From Desulfolithobacter dissulfuricans (GTDB taxonomy: Bacteria > Desulfobacterota > Desulfobulbia > Desulfobulbales > Desulfobulbaceae), in assembly GCF_025998535.1 (NCBI RefSeq), contig NZ_AP024233.1, positions 1,369,219 through 1,401,218 of the forward strand: a DNA stretch of 32,000 nt, written 5' to 3'. A program made the translations under genes and the position numbers. Below the pieces are notes generated by a model that made no database searches, had not been told where the DNA came from, and was given only the letters and a program-made list of their open reading frames with translations. Positions within the stretch are counted from its first letter, which is position 1. Each line of letters begins with the position of its first letter. Positions 28,819-32,000 of the stretch are shown here, piece by piece.

Positions 28819-28894
28819 GGAAGGCCACCATGCTATCAATGTTGCCGTAACCGACCAGAAGGAAGTGCTGTTCATCGAGCCGCAAAATGACAGA
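28819..28894 (+). pseudogene. Hypothetical Cys-peptidase-like protein, fragment 2
   Basis: Joining 26152 to 28824 continues the frame as ...LKEGHHAINVAVTDQKEVLFIEPQNDR, then is cut by IS1634-like copy B at 28895. The 3' end is not in the window. Confidence 0.6.
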
Positions 28895-29482
28895 CAGGAG
28901 TTTATAGAATCCTCCATACTTTTTCATTAAAATGACGGTATTCCAGAGTGATAAATCTATATTTCCTGTAAGACCCCGTGTGCCAGGCGAAGCTCTGGCG
29001 AATCTGGTGGCTGCGATGCCACCCGCGGTAATTGCCTGTTCACCGCGAAATCGCCGACCCGGCGTGTAGGGGTAACCCGAATCGTCAAGCAGGGTCGGAA
29101 AAGGCCGTAAGGTCAGATAGAGTATAGGCCGTAACATCTGTGAACTCGATTCGGCCTCGTTACACATTTGGCGGCGGCGACCCTCCGAGGTCATGGGGAA
29201 GCCAGTCATTGACGCGATGAGACAACAGGAGCGTTGCGTTGGGCCGCCCGGGGTGTTTGGAGATGGCATGTACTCAAGGGAGCGCCAGGGAACCTGGGAG
29301 ACCCGGCGGGACGGGCAGGGCAGCAGATAGCCCGAGTCCAAACGCTGGAGGGGAATGCATAACCCTCTGTGCGGTCCCGGCCGGGAGTCGGACCTGCCCA
29401 TAGTAGTGTTGAAGCGGGGTAACTCCCGTGGAGCGAAGGGGCAGGACTTTGATCGTGTTTCTGACAATGGAGGAAGTCCCGC

Positions 29483-30841
29483 TTGGAGTACACATGTTTG
29501 TCTCCCACTACGGATAAACGGGCAGGGCAGGAGTTCGGCCTGAGCCCGAAGGTCTCCCTCTTGCGAAAGAAACTGGGCCACAAGGCCAAGCAGGAACCGG
29601 AGTTTCGATTCTATGCCCTGTACGACCGGGTGTATCGCCTAGATGTACTGCAAAGTGCCTGGAACCGGGTTTACGCCAATCGAGGCGCTGCCGGGGTGGA
29701 TGGAGTAAGCCTTGCGTCCATCAAGGAGAGTTCGGAAGGTGTAGCAGGCCTGCTGCAAACAATACAGCAGGAATTGAAGGATAAGACCTACCGGCCCATG
29801 CCGGTAAAACGGGTCTATATCCCAAAGGCGAATGGAAAGATGCGTCCGCTGGGTATCCCGACCGTCAAGGATCGGGTTGTACAGATGGCGGTCCTGTTGA
29901 TCCTGGAGCCGATTTTCGAGGCAGACTTTGAGGACTGCTCGTACGGATTCCGCCCGGGCCTTAAGGCCCATGATGCTCTCGCCGCGATTCGGCAGGCGCT
30001 CAAGGCGGGATTTACTGAAGTCCTGGATGCGGATCTGAGCAGCTACTTTGACACGATTGACCATGGCAAACTGATGCAATGCCTGGAGCGTCGAATAGCT
30101 GACCGATCCGTTTTGAAGCTGATCAGGATGTGGTTGAAAAGCGATATCGTTGAAGAGGATGGGCAGGGCGGTCGCAAGATCACTCGCTCCCGCAAGGGTA
30201 CGCCACAGGGTGGAGTCATCTCGCCTCTGCTGGCCAACATCTTTCTCCATGAATTCGACCAACGCTTTCACAGCCCGGAAGGTCCCCGCAATTTTGCCAA
30301 CGCAAGGCTGGTACGATATGCCGACGACTGGGTTATCATGGCTCGGTACATCGGACCTCGCATTCACGCCTTTGTTGACAAGACGCTGGGGGAACTCGAC
30401 CTGATCCTGAATCGGAACAAGACAACCATAGTTAACTTGAAAGATCCCGGCAGTAGTTTTGATTTCCTTGGATTTACGTTCCGCTTTGATCGCAGTCTGT
30501 ACGGAGCGGGTCGGTATTTGAACATTGTCCCTTCTGCCAAGAGCCTGAAACGGGCGCGGGAGAGGATACATGCTCTGACGATTCGCAGGATTCAAGAGCC
30601 GGTAGAAAAAGTAATTGATCAGGTCAATCGATTTCTGATTGGCTGGGGCAACTACTTTTCCTTCGGATACCCGAAGGTGTCGTTCAAGAAGATTGATTGG
30701 TACGTGCAGACCCGGTTCAGTCGCTTTATGAGGACACGGAGCCACCGGCACTGCCGGCACCTTGATGGACCGTCGTTGTACAAGGCGCTTATGTCCAAGG
30801 GGCTGGTCTATCTGCATAAAAGAGCCGTCAACTCCCTGTGA
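29483..30841 (+). CDS. Group II intron reverse transcriptase/maturase (start codon uncertain; TTG at 29483)
   Basis: [56 protein letters not shown] (YADD) and the maturase X region GWGNYF. No obvious HNH endonuclease tail. Confidence 0.9.
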   Translation: MEYTCLSPTTDKRAGQEFGLSPKVSLLRKKLGHKAKQEPEFRFYALYDRVYRLDVLQSAWNRVYANRGAAGVDGVSLASIKESSEGVAGLLQTIQQELKDKTYRPMPVKRVYIPKANGKMRPLGIPTVKDRVVQMAVLLILEPIFEADFEDCSYGFRPGLKAHDALAAIRQALKAGFTEVLDADLSSYFDTIDHGKLMQCLERRIADRSVLKLIRMWLKSDIVEEDGQGGRKITRSRKGTPQGGVISPLLANIFLHEFDQRFHSPEGPRNFANARLVRYADDWVIMARYIGPRIHAFVDKTLGELDLILNRNKTTIVNLKDPGSSFDFLGFTFRFDRSLYGAGRYLNIVPSAKSLKRARERIHALTIRRIQEPVEKVIDQVNRFLIGWGNYFSFGYPKVSFKKIDWYVQTRFSRFMRTRSHRHCRHLDGPSLYKALMSKGLVYLHKRAVNSL

Positions 30842-30867
30842 ATGCCTTGAGGCGAGAGATCATCGGA

Positions 30868-30900
30868 GAGCCGGATGCGGTAAAACCGCACGTCCGGTTC
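30868..30900 (+). ncRNA. Group II intron domain V
   Basis: GAGCCGGATGCGGTAAAACCGCACGTCCGGTTC. AGC triad paired to GUU, a 2-nt bulge on the 3' strand, and an apical loop. Confidence 0.85.
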
Positions 30901-31003
30901 GACGAGGGGGCGCTGTCCGCAATGAGACCTCCTCTGATATGTAGTAGCCGCGTGCGGCAGGGCATAGTCGTTGAAGATCATTGTTGACAGCGCTCTACTC
31001 TAC

Positions 31004-32000
31004 ACCGGCTATTTTCCATCCAAATGCCCGCATAATATCAGCCTGAGCCTCGTCCGGTTCTTCCAGCATACGTACGGCTTTCCTTTTTCCGGGTAACCAC
31101 AGAAGGCAGGAGTGCAAATTGCCCATATGGCGCATAGCTGCCTTGGCTGTCATGTTAACACCTGCCTTCCTGAGCCTTAATTCGATGATGCGCAGGAGTG
31201 CCAGGGCTGCTATGCAGGTGAAGATGTGGCACCTGATCTTGCTGTCAGTCCAATGACGTACCGGCCTGAGCGCCACCTGTGACTCATCTTTTGTCAGCCG
31301 GAAAGCATCCTCAACAGTCCAGCGGTCCAGGCTTGCCTGGACGATTTCATCGGTTGACCAGTCGGTTATATTGGTAATGATGATATTCTTGCCAAACCGG
31401 TCAATATAGCGCCCAATCCGGTAATGGTTCTTTCGAAAATTCATTCTGAGCCGCTTGTCTGTAACATAAAATTCAACCTTGTACAGGTCTGACGGGATGT
31501 GCAACTCCGAGCAGATGTCCATGTACCGCTTGAGAACAACTGATTGCTTACGCCAGTACGGGGCCTGCCTGTTGACCCTGGATTGAAATTCAAACAGGGT
31601 ATCCTGAAGGCGAAGCATCTTTTTTTCAAAGGCGTAACGCTGTTTTGCGGCCGTCAGTGGATTGTATGTAACCACCACTGTGCGCTTCCGCCCCAGTATT
31701 CACCTTGAGTCCGCCAGGCCAGCAACCGGTCATCTTCTCTGCCCTTTTGAGCAAGTTTCCGGTTTTTCCGAGTATCAACAGGCTTGAATCTGTCCAGATC
31801 GACATGGACAAGATGGTCAGCATAATGGGTTGAATATGTGGTGATAAAGTTGACACCTTCCCTGGCATCGATGGCGGCGATATTATCCTCACTGTTCATT
31901 CCCTTGTCAAAGACAACGGTCAAGGCACCATCTTCCCCAGCAGAGTCGCGCATGACCCTGAACATATCCTCCATGGTCTGAAGAAACATTTTTGAGTCGT
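31004..32000 (-). pseudogene. IS1634-like transposase, copy B: frameshifted and C-terminally truncated by the intron; 5' end beyond the window
   Basis: A run of C4 at 31690-31693 corresponds to G5 at 24363-24367 in copy A, splitting the ORF (31654..31989 and 30995..31678). The last 6 codons (GVLQEI*) are separated to 28957-28977. Confidence 0.9.

Larger units (their letters stand above)
28978..31003 (+). mobile_element. Group II intron (2026 nt) with intron-encoded RT/maturase
   Basis: Starts GTGTG and ends CTAC. About 500 nt of structured 5' region, then an RT ORF in the usual position, then canonical domain V. It is exactly the extra sequence present in IS copy B relative to copy A (+/- 1 nt). 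Confidence 0.85.
28895..32000 (-). mobile_element. IS1634-like insertion sequence, copy B (partial: runs off the window; interrupted by a group II intron)
   Basis: 28895-28977 is the exact reverse complement of 25055-25137. 31004 onward continues as the reverse complement of 25054 downward. Confidence 0.9.

Noticed and set aside
28760-29589. ORFs 28760..29581(-) and 29206..29589(-) spanning IS21 end, IS1634 end and intron 5' region
   Set aside because: They cross three unrelated element boundaries and lie in the structured domain I-III region of the intron, so they are artefactual.
30904-30940. Compact hairpin GAGGGGG...CCTCCTC followed by TGAT as the true domain VI and 3' end of the intron
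   Set aside because: It has no bulged adenosine in my fold. It would also leave about 63 nt of unexplained DNA between the intron and the exact resumption of IS sequence. It is kept as the alternative in the domain VI finding rather than as the preferred model.

Overview
By my own boundary calls, about 62% of this GC-rich bacterial window (about 19.8 of 32 kb) is mobile DNA. I count ten elements of eight kinds: an IS4-family IS, two diverged copies of one IS21-family IS, an IS66-family IS, a second and unrelated IS21-family IS, a second IS4-superfamily IS, an ISL3-family IS, two copies of an IS1634-like IS, and a group II intron.

The elements are nested. The ISL3 transposase gene is split by IS1634-like copy A. 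IS1634-like copy B is split by the group II intron. A hybrid sensor histidine kinase is split twice. A peptidoglycan-binding M15 peptidase carries an IS4 insertion and also an in-frame TGA. A putative Cys-peptidase-like gene is hit by both IS21 and IS1634-like copy B.

Seven insertions have target-site duplications readable directly from the sequence. Removing the IS plus one duplication copy restores each interrupted reading frame in frame.

The apparently native genes are:
- The 3' part of a glycyl-radical-enzyme (GRE) gene, translationally coupled to an unknown 159-aa ORF and a radical-SAM activase.
- A His-motif hypothetical protein.
- An amidohydrolase-fold protein in which all canonical metal ligands are substituted.
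- Two hypothetical exported or membrane proteins.

I found no rRNA, tRNA or CRISPR array, and no convincing complete novel defence or secretion system.

The observations most worth follow-up are:
- The unusually long 3' region of the group II intron, with an empty-site control in the same window.
- The GRE operon's embedded unknown gene.
- The ligand-less amidohydrolase homologue.
- Several unexplained non-coding repeats.

All family assignments come from motif recognition by eye; no database search was run.
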